From Minisyncoccia bacterium (lineage in GTDB: Bacteria > Patescibacteriota > Minisyncoccia > Phycocordibacterales > UBA918), in NCBI GenBank assembly GCA_041738755.1, contig JBGSPE010000005.1:79872-143871 (forward strand): 64,000 nt of DNA. Direction: 5' to 3'. Below, in pieces: positions 49,402 to 60,531 of this stretch (position 1 is its first letter; the number at the start of each line of letters is the position of its first letter). The position numbers and the translations under genes are program-made. The notes beneath the pieces were generated by a model that made no database searches, was not told where the DNA came from, and saw only the letters and a program-made list of their open reading frames with translations.

Positions 49402-51145
49402 TACCTTAGAAACAGGAGTGACGCGCGTAGTCATACCAGTACTTCTAGGGCTCTTGTTTTTCGTAGCTACAACCACTTTGGCAGCAGCCGCTACCTTATC
49501 ACTATCACCGAGTACAGGAGTCTATACCTCTAACAGTACGTTCACCGTAAGGGTAAATGTAAATTCCTCCGGACAATCTATCAATGCTGCCGAAGGAACA
49601 CTCAGTTTTAATCCACGAGAACTTTCTGTAGTTAGTGTCACCCGCTCTGGTTCAATCTTTAACTTATGGGTAGCTGAACCATCATTTTCAAACAGTGCTG
49701 GTACAGTGAGCTTTAGTGGCGGTTCGCCATCAGGCTATACTGGATCAGCAGGAAATATCATGTCGATTACCTTTCGTGCGATTGGCTCAGGCGCTGCTCG
49801 AGTGAACTTTTCTAACGGCTCAGTACTCGCAAATGATGGCCGAGGTTCAAATGTGTTAACTAACATGAGTGGTGGTACCTACACGATTCAGGCTGCTAGC
49901 ACAGCACCACCACAAGAAGTTATCGTTGAATATGTTGCCCCGGCTAATACACCTGGCGCACCATCTATTACCTCAAGTACACACGCTGACCCTGATGCTT
50001 GGCATACCAATAAAACTGCAACGCTCAACTGGTCCGTTCCAGCTGGAGTGACGGGAGTGCGGACACTCCTAAATAGTAGTCCAAGCTCAGTCCCTTCAAG
50101 AGTGTACGAAACACCAATTAGCAGCATTACGCTTGAGGACCTCGATGAAGGAGTTTCGTATTTCCATTTACAGTTTCGTAACGAGGATGGTTGGGGTAGG
50201 GTGAGTAGTTACCGGTTAGCAGTCGATAGTAGTAAACCATCAGCAATAGAAATTGTTCAGCCTGAAGATGCTGACAACACGAATCCAGAGCAAAAACTAC
50301 AAGTTACCGTTACCGATGATGGATCTGAGGTAAAGCGATTCATGGTACGAGTTGATAATGACGAACCGTATGAAGTAATCCGTGAAGCTGTCACCGACCT
50401 CCTTTCCCTCGGCACATTGTCACCTGGATACCATACCATTATCATTGAGGCGTTCGACGAGGCAGGTAATAGCATAATCGGAACCTACTCGCTCACTATT
50501 GAATCGTTTGAAAAACCAACCTTTACCGAGTATCCGAGTGAGATTAATGAAGAAGTAATTCCAGTCATTAAAGGTATGACGCGTCCAAACGCTACGGTTA
50601 TGGTCACGGTTACAAAACTCGGAAGTGAACCAGCTTCCTACGAAATACAGAGTTCCGACAGTGGAGAGTTCGTCTTCATTCCAGAAGGTCGATTCTCAAC
50701 CGGGGTATACGAATTTACCGCCTACGCAATTGACCAGTATGGAGCCCAGAGTGAGGTTTCAGAACCGGTCCGAGTAGCTGTCCAACAACCAGGCTTTGTG
50801 CGCGTAGGCTCATTTATCGTTAGCATTCTTTCGGTTATAATTCCTTTAGTTGCACTTTCAGCACTCCTCATCATTGGTTCAGGGTACCTCTTGGCATATC
50901 TTCGTCGCTTTAGAGGTAAGGTCCGGACCGAATCAATCGAAGCACTTGATATATTGCATCGAGAATTTACAGCCCTACAAGCTGAACTACGACATCAGGA
51001 ATCCTTGCTTACTGAGTCACGAAAAACAAAAAAACTTACCAAGGCTGAATCTGAAATGATTCAAGTCATTGATACTGCACTCCAGACATCACAACGAAAG
51101 GTGGAAAAAGAGATTACCGACGTCACTAACTTAACTAAAAATTAA
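49388..51145 (+). CDS. Membrane-anchored cohesin-domain protein with cytoplasmic helical tail; paralog of 13357 (ORF track start 49367)
   Basis: LSLSPSTG...INAAEGTLSFNP..LSVVSV...VLANDGRG; Ig domains; TM; ends VEKEITDV. Confidence 0.8.
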   Translation: MKITNTLETGVTRVVIPVLLGLLFFVATTTLAAAATLSLSPSTGVYTSNSTFTVRVNVNSSGQSINAAEGTLSFNPRELSVVSVTRSGSIFNLWVAEPSFSNSAGTVSFSGGSPSGYTGSAGNIMSITFRAIGSGAARVNFSNGSVLANDGRGSNVLTNMSGGTYTIQAASTAPPQEVIVEYVAPANTPGAPSITSSTHADPDAWHTNKTATLNWSVPAGVTGVRTLLNSSPSSVPSRVYETPISSITLEDLDEGVSYFHLQFRNEDGWGRVSSYRLAVDSSKPSAIEIVQPEDADNTNPEQKLQVTVTDDGSEVKRFMVRVDNDEPYEVIREAVTDLLSLGTLSPGYHTIIIEAFDEAGNSIIGTYSLTIESFEKPTFTEYPSEINEEVIPVIKGMTRPNATVMVTVTKLGSEPASYEIQSSDSGEFVFIPEGRFSTGVYEFTAYAIDQYGAQSEVSEPVRVAVQQPGFVRVGSFIVSILSVIIPLVALSALLIIGSGYLLAYLRRFRGKVRTESIEALDILHREFTALQAELRHQESLLTESRKTKKLTKAESEMIQVIDTALQTSQRKVEKEITDVTNLTKN

Positions 51146-51160
51146 TCCCGCAAGACGCAT

Positions 51161-51847
51161 ATGAAAGCCCTACTGAACCAAAATAAAAATACTATTAAAG
51201 GAATTATTGTCATTCTCTTACTCGTTGCTGCTCTCTGGTACATATCGCTGCTTATTGTTAAAGAGCGGACACAAGATCTCATGTCGCTCATTAAAGTCCA
51301 GGTGGCGGAGCAAGGGGCACTCCTTACCAGTATCGCTGAAACAACGGCGCGAAATGGTGCCGACCAGGTGACTGAATCAGTTGTTCGAGACTGTACAGTA
51401 GAAGAACGGACCACCTTCGATACGTTACTTGGACAGCTTGACGCTGGGTTGCCACGAGCTGATTTGGTTGAGCTTGAACGGTTATTTGGCCGGTGTGGAA
51501 GTTTTTATGCTGAACGAAAGCTCGTGATGTCGTCACGATTAGACCGTGAAATTGAAGTCTATGAAAATTATGTAAATCAACTTGCGGAACTCACCAACAA
51601 TCGAGAACTTGAAGAATATAATCTTGATACCTGGAAACAGCTAGCTGAACAAGAAAAAATGCTTAGTACTGATTTCTCTAAATTAGTAGATTTACAAGAC
51701 AATATTATTTCTACCTTACTCGAAGGGAAAACGCGTGACTCAGAGGAAATTCAATCCATTCTCCGTGAAGTAAAAGACACAAACGACAACCTTATTATTA
51801 CGAATGCTCAAACAGCAACGATTAGAAGTGAGTTGATCACTCTGTAA
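51161..51847 (+). CDS. Hypothetical N-terminally anchored helical/coiled-coil protein
   Basis: N-terminal TM; heptad-rich; Cys pair (RDC...RCG). Confidence 0.75.
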   Translation: MKALLNQNKNTIKGIIVILLLVAALWYISLLIVKERTQDLMSLIKVQVAEQGALLTSIAETTARNGADQVTESVVRDCTVEERTTFDTLLGQLDAGLPRADLVELERLFGRCGSFYAERKLVMSSRLDREIEVYENYVNQLAELTNNRELEEYNLDTWKQLAEQEKMLSTDFSKLVDLQDNIISTLLEGKTRDSEEIQSILREVKDTNDNLIITNAQTATIRSELITL

Positions 51848-51857
51848 CTCACGACAC

Positions 51858-52610
51858 ATGTCATACATACGTAACTGGTATCACGTTTTGGTTTCAAAAT
51901 TTCGAAACCGCCGTCGTGGTACGGTGCGAACGATGTTTTCTTTGTTAAGTATTTTTACGCTCCTTGGTGCTGCGGTATTAACGGGAACAGAAGCTTCATA
52001 CGTACGACTGGTCGCTAACACTTCAACCGTAGAGGCAGGACAGCGATTTTCTATAGATATATTTGCGAGTGCACATGTACCAGTAAATGCAGTAGATATA
52101 ACACTGCGCTTTGACAAAAATACTGTCGAGGTACTCGAAGTTGATCGTGGACAATCTGTACTCACTATTTGGACAGAAGACCCAATAATCACTGGTGATA
52201 CCGTAATTTTACGAGGAGGTACTTTCAGGCGGGGGTTTATTGGAGAACATAAGATAGCCACTATCGATCTTATGGCAAAACAAACTGGTCAAAGCGAATT
52301 TCGTACTGAAGACGTAGTGTTATTAGCTGGTGATGGGAGAGGTACACCAGTTAAGCTTACAGAATCTGATACTGACAGAGTAAGTTTGTTTATATACGAC
52401 GAAAATACGGTACCGGAAAACATTGGGGTTGACGTGAAAGTCATTGTGCTGACAGATGTGGACGGGGATGGTACGGTGACAATCAAGGACATCAGTACGT
52501 TTATGTCATCCTGGGCACGACAAGACACGGTCTATGACTTCAATAGCGATGGTAAAATGACCTTCAAAGACTTCTCAATCCTCCTGGCTGACTTTGTGTT
52601 TAAAACGTAA
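51858..52610 (+). CDS. Cohesin + dockerin protein
   Basis: VEAGQRFSIDI...VNAVDITLRFD...LLAGDGRG cohesin; DVDGDGTVTIKD / DFNSDGKMTFKDFSILL dockerin. Confidence 0.8.
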   Translation: MSYIRNWYHVLVSKFRNRRRGTVRTMFSLLSIFTLLGAAVLTGTEASYVRLVANTSTVEAGQRFSIDIFASAHVPVNAVDITLRFDKNTVEVLEVDRGQSVLTIWTEDPIITGDTVILRGGTFRRGFIGEHKIATIDLMAKQTGQSEFRTEDVVLLAGDGRGTPVKLTESDTDRVSLFIYDENTVPENIGVDVKVIVLTDVDGDGTVTIKDISTFMSSWARQDTVYDFNSDGKMTFKDFSILLADFVFKT

Positions 52611-52706
52611 TTCTGTTGATAACACTGGTGATAAATGCTTGATAAAGTTGTTATTATTGTTATGTGATGGGAATAATCTGGCAACAGACTTATTAGTCGA
52701 GCCAAA

Positions 52707-54296
52707 ATGTCACGAACGAGCTTAAAAAACAAAGACAAAACAACAAAAGCAACAGCAAGCGTTTCTCGTGTGAGCAAACGCCCAGTTGTGGTATTTGATA
52801 GTGCAGAGACAAAGACAGTTAAAGATACTGTGCTGCTATACAAAATTGTGTTTAAAACAAGACAAGCGAGTCTTCTTGCGTTGTTTTTCTGCGTATGTTT
52901 TTTGAGTCAACCATTCCAAAACCTCTATGCCAACGAGCTACCTGAAGCGGTGGTAGAAGTACAACCAGAACCGATTGTAATTGTAGAAGAAGTTGAACCA
53001 ATTGTATTGGAGTCGGCTGCTGAAGTAATAGAAGCTGAATCAGCATTACCAGCAGAAGAAGTTTTAGTCAGTGGTGACGAAGCTAGTCCAGCTGAAGTTT
53101 TGCCGTTAGAAACAGTTGCCACCTCTACCCCAGCAGACACTATAGAAAATACAGAAACCACGACAAGCACCTCGGAGCCAATTGAAGCACCAGATGGCTC
53201 AACCGTCCCTGCTGTAGCAGAGACGTCTGAATCAGACTCAGATTCTGGATCACCTGATTATAGTACCGCTAGTACATCCGAGTCTGATTCAGGTGAACAG
53301 TTTGTTCAAAATCTACACATTATCGCTACTGTTGATAGTGATACGTCATATTCGTTTTCAAAAGAAGAGTGTACCCGAATAGAAGATGGCTCATTTTACT
53401 GTCAAGAACAAGAACAGAGAGAATTACAAAATGATACCCTTATCGCCGCACCCGATGCTGATGGAGATTTGGAAATTTACCTTGTGCGTGACGGTGAGCA
53501 AATACAGATTAGTCGTAACAGTGTAGACGACGCCTCGCCATATTTTGATGAAAAATCCAAAACGATTGTGTGGCATCGTTTGATTAGCGACCGCTACCAA
53601 ATAATTTCCTACGACCCCGACTCTGGCGAAGAACTCCAATTGACCCACGGTGATATAAACAACATGGAGCCAACGAGGCAAGGTGAGTATATTACCTGGC
53701 AACGCTGGGTAGATGATAACTGGGAAGTTATTCTCTATGATGGCAATCAAGAGTTACAAATTACTGACACGAGCGAACATGATACCGCTCCACATATTAG
53801 AGGGTCACTAATCATCTGGAATAGTCGCACCGTAACCGGCGAGCAATCATTAAAAACTTATGATATTGAAAATCGCTCCTTCACGACCATAGCTGATAGC
53901 GATGGCGTAGCGGTGAGTAACCCACGCATGGTAGTGATGTATGAAGCACTGTATGAAAACGGAGATGTTATTATGAAAGGATTTGATGTTGTGACAGGTG
54001 AGATTATTCCACTGAATGCCATACCGCGCGAAATGCCTGAAGATATCCCAAATACCGATACAACTGGCGAAACAAGAGCGCTCATTCAAAGCAAGCCGTC
54101 GGTGAGAGATACGGTAGTACAAAATACCAGTGGTGGTCCGACTCCGACCTCTACTCCGCCGGTGCTTGAACCTGAGTTAGAGGCAGGGACGCTTGATTTG
54201 CGGCCAGCCTCGTCCTCCACTGAGCAAATCAAGGTAGAAAACCCAGTTGAAGATATTCCTGTTTTGGTTATTCCACCACTTGAAACTGACGTCTAA
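52707..54296 (+). CDS. Membrane-anchored protein with acidic linker and TolB-like beta-propeller
   Basis: Repeats EIYL...QIS.N..DD..P...IVW and QLT....N.EP...ITW. Confidence 0.7.
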   Translation: MSRTSLKNKDKTTKATASVSRVSKRPVVVFDSAETKTVKDTVLLYKIVFKTRQASLLALFFCVCFLSQPFQNLYANELPEAVVEVQPEPIVIVEEVEPIVLESAAEVIEAESALPAEEVLVSGDEASPAEVLPLETVATSTPADTIENTETTTSTSEPIEAPDGSTVPAVAETSESDSDSGSPDYSTASTSESDSGEQFVQNLHIIATVDSDTSYSFSKEECTRIEDGSFYCQEQEQRELQNDTLIAAPDADGDLEIYLVRDGEQIQISRNSVDDASPYFDEKSKTIVWHRLISDRYQIISYDPDSGEELQLTHGDINNMEPTRQGEYITWQRWVDDNWEVILYDGNQELQITDTSEHDTAPHIRGSLIIWNSRTVTGEQSLKTYDIENRSFTTIADSDGVAVSNPRMVVMYEALYENGDVIMKGFDVVTGEIIPLNAIPREMPEDIPNTDTTGETRALIQSKPSVRDTVVQNTSGGPTPTSTPPVLEPELEAGTLDLRPASSSTEQIKVENPVEDIPVLVIPPLETDV

Positions 54297-54359
54297 GAAA
54301 GAGTACACAGGTACATAAAAAAACCTTGAAAAAATAAGCTAAAATGAACGGACGGAGTT

Positions 54360-57300
54360 ATGAAACGACTGCGCTTATTAAAACGTACAAATAAGACTAT
54401 TAGTGCAGCTTTGTTGCTCACGCTTGTGCTTGATGTGGTTGGTATTACACTCATCAATGTTATTTTGTTGTACCCGAGTCAGGCTAATGCGGCGCAGGTA
54501 GTAATTGATGCTTCAGCTAGTACGGTTGGCGATAGTGCACTTACCCTCGGTGCTAACGACGTATTTATAAGTGATCAAGTTGGCTATACGTTTTATCGAG
54601 ACAGTACGGGGCAATGTGTGTATAGCAAAACCACCAACGGTGGAAATAGCTGGTCCACAGCAATACTGGTTGATGCGCAGACTGATTGTATCAAGTTGAA
54701 TGTTTGGTACGATCGCTGGACACCGGGAGATACAAGCGGAACAAATATCCATATTGCTACACTTGATACAAGTGACGATGATATTTTCTATAATCGACTT
54801 GATACAAATACTGATACGTTATTACTCGGGTCGACTCCTGTTAATACGGGAATAAATACTGCGCAAGTACCAGTTATCTCCTCAGCAGCAAACTCACACA
54901 CAATCACAAAAGCTACTTCTGGTGAAGTTTTCGTGGCATTAAATGACGCGTCAGACTCTTATGCCGTCTTTTGTGCCAGTAACTGTAACCTTACGACTAG
55001 TTGGGGAGAGGCTGTACCTCGACCATTCGATTTGGCAGATGATCATAATCTCTTAATGCCTCTGTCGGGCGGACGAGTAATGGCAATCAATCGTGACATT
55101 TCTGCTAATACCATGCGCTCGAGTATTTGGAATGGTGCTAGCTGGTCAGCCTGGGATACGTTCGCAACCGGGGCAGTTGAAAGTGGTACTTTTGATGGTG
55201 GCTTTGCCGCAACACTTGATGTCGAAACAGGTCGAATCTTTTTAGCGTATGCAACCGATCATGATAACTACACAACTGCTGATCATGATATACGGACAGC
55301 GGTGTACGATGGATCAGGCTGGACGCTCACTACAGATGTCTTTACTGATGCAGCAGGTCGGGGGTTACACGACGTGGGTATAGCGTATGACCAAAATACT
55401 GGTGAAGTCTACATTACGTATTCTGTCCGTACTGCTATTGCTACCGCAACGAGTGCAAATATTTACTACCGGGTGTCTAGTAACGGAATGAGCTCATGGG
55501 GAAGTGAGCAGGGTCCTCTCAATACCACGCCTGGAAATATCTACACCCCAAGCATGAATCTGAACAATTACGAACGAATCTATGTATCTTGGTGGGAGCC
55601 AGCCACAGACGATCGATTTGGAAATACGGTGGCAGATATTTCACCTGATACACAGGTAAAAAGTATCGGGAACATGACTTCAGAAGTTCGAAACAACGCT
55701 AATAATTTTTATGTCGGTGGAGCGTTTACAATCGAAAGTATTTCTAACCGGTCTGTCTCTGAAATTACTATCAGTGAAACAGGTACGGTTGATGCACAAA
55801 ACGATATCAATAATGTAAAGCTTTTCTACGAACTAGATACCTCATCACCGTACAATTGTCAGAGTGAATCGTACAATGGAAGCGAATCTCAATTTGGTGG
55901 TACTGACACCAATGGATTTTCTGGGCCAAATGGACAGTCAGGTTTTAGTGGTACATTAGTCAATATTAGCCCAACTGCCACCGTGTGTGTATATGTGGTG
56001 CTTGATATTGTTTCGTCTGCGAATGATGCGGAAACGATAGGTATTGAAATTACAAACCCCAAAACAGACATTGTTTCAACTGCGGCAAACCTTTTCCCAG
56101 GTTATCCCGTAGTACTCGCTGGCAATACCACTATCCGCAGCTCAGACTTAACGCTTGATCACTATCACTGGCGACTAGATAACGGTACGGAACTTGACGC
56201 TGACTCAGCTACTGGTGGAGTAGAAGATACAACACTCATATCACTACCAAAAGAGTCACCGCGGCGGCTTCGGTTAGGAGTTTCAAACCAAGGTTCAACC
56301 AGTACATTACCAACACAATTTCGTTTGGAGTATGGTATATCTGCGCCAACGTGTGAGGCAGTTACAACTTGGACTGACGTGGGCGCAGCGAACGATGCAA
56401 TTAACATGTTGGACTCAACGTTTTTGACTGATGGTAATAACACAACTGATATTGCTGTCGTGGACGGAGGAGTGAGCAATGGTAACGTCACATTCTTAAC
56501 CCCTAATGGCGGAATTAGAGATGTGAATTCTACGACTGGTTCAGTCACACTAGCAACTACTAACTTTATTGAGCTCGAATATGCAATTGTGGCCTCGGCG
56601 AGTGCAGGTGAAGGCGATACATACTGTTTTCGAGTTACTGATGCTGGTTCTCCGCTCAGTACGTATACCGTATACCCAACCGCTACCATTGAATCTGATG
56701 TGAGAGTATCAGCTACTGGATTACAAGTAGCAACGATAGATGTTCCAACAGTAGACAATTACTTCGGTGGCGTATTTGCAGTGCGCGAAAATACCAGCTC
56801 GCGGTCAGTGAATAGTGTTACGGTAACCGAGATTGGTACGGTGGACGCCGAAATTGGTCTCGATAATATAAAACTCTTTTACAAATTTGATACCAGCTCA
56901 CCGTATAACTGTGCCAGTGAGTCATATACCGGTTCTGAATCACAATATGGTGCAACGGATGGTAATGGATTTTCTGGACCTAATGGAACATCCACATTTT
57001 CGCAATCAGTTACCATTACAACCACCCAAGCACTTTGTCTGTTTGTAGTGGCTGATGTAACTGAGCAAGCCGTCAATGGACAGACGGTGGAATTTTCTAT
57101 CAACTCAGCGTCATCTGAAGTGCTTGTATCTGGTGGAGGTTCGGTAGCACCATCGCAGCCAGTGACACTACTAAGCTCAACAACCTTGCGTGGTGGAGTT
57201 TTAACCCAGACTCACTATCATTGGCGAAACAATGATGGTGGCGAAACAGACGCAACCTCAGCCACGGGTGGTGTTGAAGATGTGCCAGTGGTTGATTTTA

Positions 57301-60300
57301 CTCAAGCGAGTCCAATTCGCTTACGACTCGGTGTTTCAAATGAAGGTGCAACTACGTCTGTGCAAACACGATTTAGACTTGAATTCGCACCTCGTATCAC
57401 CACCTGTGAAAATGTTTTTGTGTGGACTGATATTGATGCAACCCCCGATGATGACTGGGATATGAGTGACTCAATTACGCTTGTAAATGGAGAAGACACC
57501 ACGGATATACCAATTGGAGATGGTGGTGTGAGTAATGAAAATACTTCATTTTTATCACCAAACGGGGGTGTGCGGGACACTGAATCACTCACTGGAAGCA
57601 GTACAGTACTTGAAACACAGTACGTTGATATTGAATATAGTCTTACGTCTACACTGAGCACGGCTTTCAATACTACCTATTGTTTTAGAGTAACCAGTAA
57701 CGGCACACCGCTACCGGTATATACCAGATACGCAGAGCTAACGACGACTCCAAAACGTGATTTTAAAATTCAGCAAGGTAACACTATTCTGACGGGACTC
57801 AGTACCACCATTACTGCTGGAGTTGATTACACTGCGCCGAGCGCAAGTAGTACGGCATTTATCAGAATCACAAACAGTCAACACACTGGAGCAGGAGGAA
57901 CGGCAGGGGGTGGGGCTCAAAACGCTGATGATACAACTGCGTACATTTTGAACCCACAAAATATAATGACAAACATCACTTTTAACCGGGTCGCAAACGT
58001 ACGACAAACATTTATTGACTGGGAAATTATCGAGTTTGTTGGTCAACCTGAAACAGATAACGAAATGATTGTTCGAGATGCAAATACTATTGCTTTAAGT
58101 GGGGCACAGCTCACCAATACTGGTCCAGTAGTTTCAGGTATAGCTGACGATGCCGATGTGGTGGTATTTGTGACCGGGGTCCGAAACTCAAATACCTCAA
58201 GAAACTACTATGCCGGACAAGTCACAGCTGAGTGGGATAGTGTCAATAATCAACCCATCTTTACCCGGGGCGCTACGGGCGCTGCTCCAATCGTGGTGAG
58301 TTATGCAGTCGTTGAGTTTGTTGGCGGTAATTGGAAGGTGCAACGGGCCGAGCACACGTATTCGGTAGCTGGTGTAGCCTCAACGACACCAATCACACCA
58401 GTCAACTCATTGGAACGGACATTTTTACATACCCAAAAACGCATGGGCGCTACTACCAACGTAGCCAGTTTTGGGCATACGGTATGGCTTTCAAGTATCG
58501 GCGATGTCTCGTTTCAGCTATATCCTGGAGCCACCCTGGGGCAGACATCCGTTGCTTGGGTGATAGAGAATATTCAAACTGGTCTTGGAGCTGCCAAAGT
58601 TCAGCGGCAAAATGGCTCAACTATTAACGGTGCAGAACCATTAACCTTACAAATAACATTGGTCGAAGAAGTTGATGCCGTAAATAACACATCGCTATTT
58701 GTCACCACCAGTGCAAACGGAGTGGGGACTGATACGAATCACCCGAGAGCAGTTTCTGGTGCGCGATTGACGGCCCCTGATGCGTACCAGCTATGGCGAA
58801 GTGATACCGGTTCACAGCTTCTGTATCGAACTGAAGTGGTTGAGTGGCCGGTAGCCGATATTGCACTGCGACAAAACTACTATCGATTTTATGTAGATAA
58901 TAATGAAGTTACTCCAAATGATCCGTGGCCACAAGGACCATCTGATTTGGGTGAGAATACCAGTGTCACGGTTAGCGATGAGCCACTTGGCGATCAGGAA
59001 ATCATTCGCTTGCGAACCAGTGTTCGAGTATCAAATGCTAATCTCTCACCAGGTATTCAAGTCTTTCGATTACAATATGCTGAGCGAACCAGTACCTGTA
59101 CGGCTGTTTCTGAGTGGTTTGAGCTTGGTGATAATGCGAGTACGACGGCGTGGCGCGGGTACGCAGCAACGGGTACAACTGATGGTACGGTGTTGTCTCT
59201 AAACCCTCCAACACCGGGTGACTTATTACTATCGATTTCTGATGTGGCCGGTCGACTAGAACATACGAATCCCTCAATTGCTAATCCCTATCCAGTCTAT
59301 GACGGTGAGGATGTAGAATATGATTGGTATATTCAACATAACGGAGCAGCTCCTAGTACAGTTTACTGTTTTAGGATGGTGCGTTTTGATAATGAGCCGC
59401 TCGAAGGCTATTTTAATTATCCACAAATTAGAACAGCTGGATTTTCTCCAGCTACCCTGGATTGGCGCTGGTATGATGATGCTGAGAACGAAACTCCCCT
59501 CAGTCCACTTGGACTAACAAATGCTGCGCCAACTAATATTGGAAGTAACGACCCGCTCAGTCTGCGGGTGACGGTTCGTGAACGAAAGGGTGTAACCGGA
59601 ACTGATATCAAGTTTAAACTACAATTTTCTGACGACCCATCATTTAATAATCCAGTAGACGTTGTCGCCTCCTCATCTTGTCTGGTGAATAGTCTGTGGT
59701 GTTACGCTGATGGTGGCGGGGTTGATAATGCAATCATTCAAAATGCTCTCCTGGCAGATGGAGCAGGGTGTGTTGGTGGTGTTGGCAGTGGTTGTGGGAC
59801 ACATAACGAATCTGGCGACTATGTAACAGGTCACTTACATGCCTCGGGGTTAGCCCAAGAGTATTCTTTCACCGTCGTTGGTGCAGCGCCCCGAGTGAAT
59901 GCCGTGTATTACTTTAGATTATATGATTTAAGTAATAATCAACCCGTTCCCTTTGGCGTTGGCGAGTTGCAGCCATCACTATTGAGTGAAGGGTCAAATC
60001 TTAATTTTTCGGTAAGTGGACTTCCGTCTGGTACTACAACTGCTGGCGTTGTGACAGATGTTACGACGACTCCGGCCGCTATTAACTTTGGTTCTTTACC
60101 AATGAATACTGATCAGGTTGCAGCTCAACGAATTAGTGTTACCACAAATGCCACAGAAGGGTATCAAGTACTAAAGTACGCCAGACAACAGTTGATGAAT
60201 AGCTATGGGGTAGCCATTTCTCCGGTAAATTCTTCTAATCAGTCGCCAGCGAGCTGGGCAACTGCCTGTACACTTGGAGCAGTTAGTTGCTTTGGGTATC

Positions 60301-60512
60301 ACACGACCGATGCAACCTTGCAGGGTGGGTCAACCAGGTTTGCGGCAACTGATACATACTCAGCCCTTACTACTGATCCGGAAGAGATAATTTTTAGTTC
60401 TATACCAACCCCGGAAACTGAAGATATTGTATTTAGAGTACGGGTATCAGAGGGACAGCCAGCCGGAGATTATGATACTAATATTGTATATATAGCCGTG
60501 CCAGTGTTCTAA
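54360..60512 (+). CDS. Large (2050 aa) adhesin. N-terminal Asp-box/BNR propeller, duplicated Ig-like and 'YCFR' modules, (I/V)Q(Q/R) lectin-like repeats, C-terminal WxL/pilin-like domain (subtype A)
   Basis: SKTTNGGNSWS Asp-box; internal repeats YNC.SESY.GSESQ.G.TD.NGFSGPNG; INFGSL, AQRISVTTNATEGY, FGYH; ends GDYDTNIVYIAVPVF. Confidence 0.85.
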   Translation: MKRLRLLKRTNKTISAALLLTLVLDVVGITLINVILLYPSQANAAQVVIDASASTVGDSALTLGANDVFISDQVGYTFYRDSTGQCVYSKTTNGGNSWSTAILVDAQTDCIKLNVWYDRWTPGDTSGTNIHIATLDTSDDDIFYNRLDTNTDTLLLGSTPVNTGINTAQVPVISSAANSHTITKATSGEVFVALNDASDSYAVFCASNCNLTTSWGEAVPRPFDLADDHNLLMPLSGGRVMAINRDISANTMRSSIWNGASWSAWDTFATGAVESGTFDGGFAATLDVETGRIFLAYATDHDNYTTADHDIRTAVYDGSGWTLTTDVFTDAAGRGLHDVGIAYDQNTGEVYITYSVRTAIATATSANIYYRVSSNGMSSWGSEQGPLNTTPGNIYTPSMNLNNYERIYVSWWEPATDDRFGNTVADISPDTQVKSIGNMTSEVRNNANNFYVGGAFTIESISNRSVSEITISETGTVDAQNDINNVKLFYELDTSSPYNCQSESYNGSESQFGGTDTNGFSGPNGQSGFSGTLVNISPTATVCVYVVLDIVSSANDAETIGIEITNPKTDIVSTAANLFPGYPVVLAGNTTIRSSDLTLDHYHWRLDNGTELDADSATGGVEDTTLISLPKESPRRLRLGVSNQGSTSTLPTQFRLEYGISAPTCEAVTTWTDVGAANDAINMLDSTFLTDGNNTTDIAVVDGGVSNGNVTFLTPNGGIRDVNSTTGSVTLATTNFIELEYAIVASASAGEGDTYCFRVTDAGSPLSTYTVYPTATIESDVRVSATGLQVATIDVPTVDNYFGGVFAVRENTSSRSVNSVTVTEIGTVDAEIGLDNIKLFYKFDTSSPYNCASESYTGSESQYGATDGNGFSGPNGTSTFSQSVTITTTQALCLFVVADVTEQAVNGQTVEFSINSASSEVLVSGGGSVAPSQPVTLLSSTTLRGGVLTQTHYHWRNNDGGETDATSATGGVEDVPVVDFTQASPIRLRLGVSNEGATTSVQTRFRLEFAPRITTCENVFVWTDIDATPDDDWDMSDSITLVNGEDTTDIPIGDGGVSNENTSFLSPNGGVRDTESLTGSSTVLETQYVDIEYSLTSTLSTAFNTTYCFRVTSNGTPLPVYTRYAELTTTPKRDFKIQQGNTILTGLSTTITAGVDYTAPSASSTAFIRITNSQHTGAGGTAGGGAQNADDTTAYILNPQNIMTNITFNRVANVRQTFIDWEIIEFVGQPETDNEMIVRDANTIALSGAQLTNTGPVVSGIADDADVVVFVTGVRNSNTSRNYYAGQVTAEWDSVNNQPIFTRGATGAAPIVVSYAVVEFVGGNWKVQRAEHTYSVAGVASTTPITPVNSLERTFLHTQKRMGATTNVASFGHTVWLSSIGDVSFQLYPGATLGQTSVAWVIENIQTGLGAAKVQRQNGSTINGAEPLTLQITLVEEVDAVNNTSLFVTTSANGVGTDTNHPRAVSGARLTAPDAYQLWRSDTGSQLLYRTEVVEWPVADIALRQNYYRFYVDNNEVTPNDPWPQGPSDLGENTSVTVSDEPLGDQEIIRLRTSVRVSNANLSPGIQVFRLQYAERTSTCTAVSEWFELGDNASTTAWRGYAATGTTDGTVLSLNPPTPGDLLLSISDVAGRLEHTNPSIANPYPVYDGEDVEYDWYIQHNGAAPSTVYCFRMVRFDNEPLEGYFNYPQIRTAGFSPATLDWRWYDDAENETPLSPLGLTNAAPTNIGSNDPLSLRVTVRERKGVTGTDIKFKLQFSDDPSFNNPVDVVASSSCLVNSLWCYADGGGVDNAIIQNALLADGAGCVGGVGSGCGTHNESGDYVTGHLHASGLAQEYSFTVVGAAPRVNAVYYFRLYDLSNNQPVPFGVGELQPSLLSEGSNLNFSVSGLPSGTTTAGVVTDVTTTPAAINFGSLPMNTDQVAAQRISVTTNATEGYQVLKYARQQLMNSYGVAISPVNSSNQSPASWATACTLGAVSCFGYHTTDATLQGGSTRFAATDTYSALTTDPEEIIFSSIPTPETEDIVFRVRVSEGQPAGDYDTNIVYIAVPVF

Positions 60513-60531
60513 ATATAGTATGATAGTACAT

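Noticed and set aside
10864-52610. Cellulosome
   Set aside because: None of the dockerin proteins carries a recognisable glycoside hydrolase, and each cohesin protein has a single cohesin; the GH18 has no dockerin
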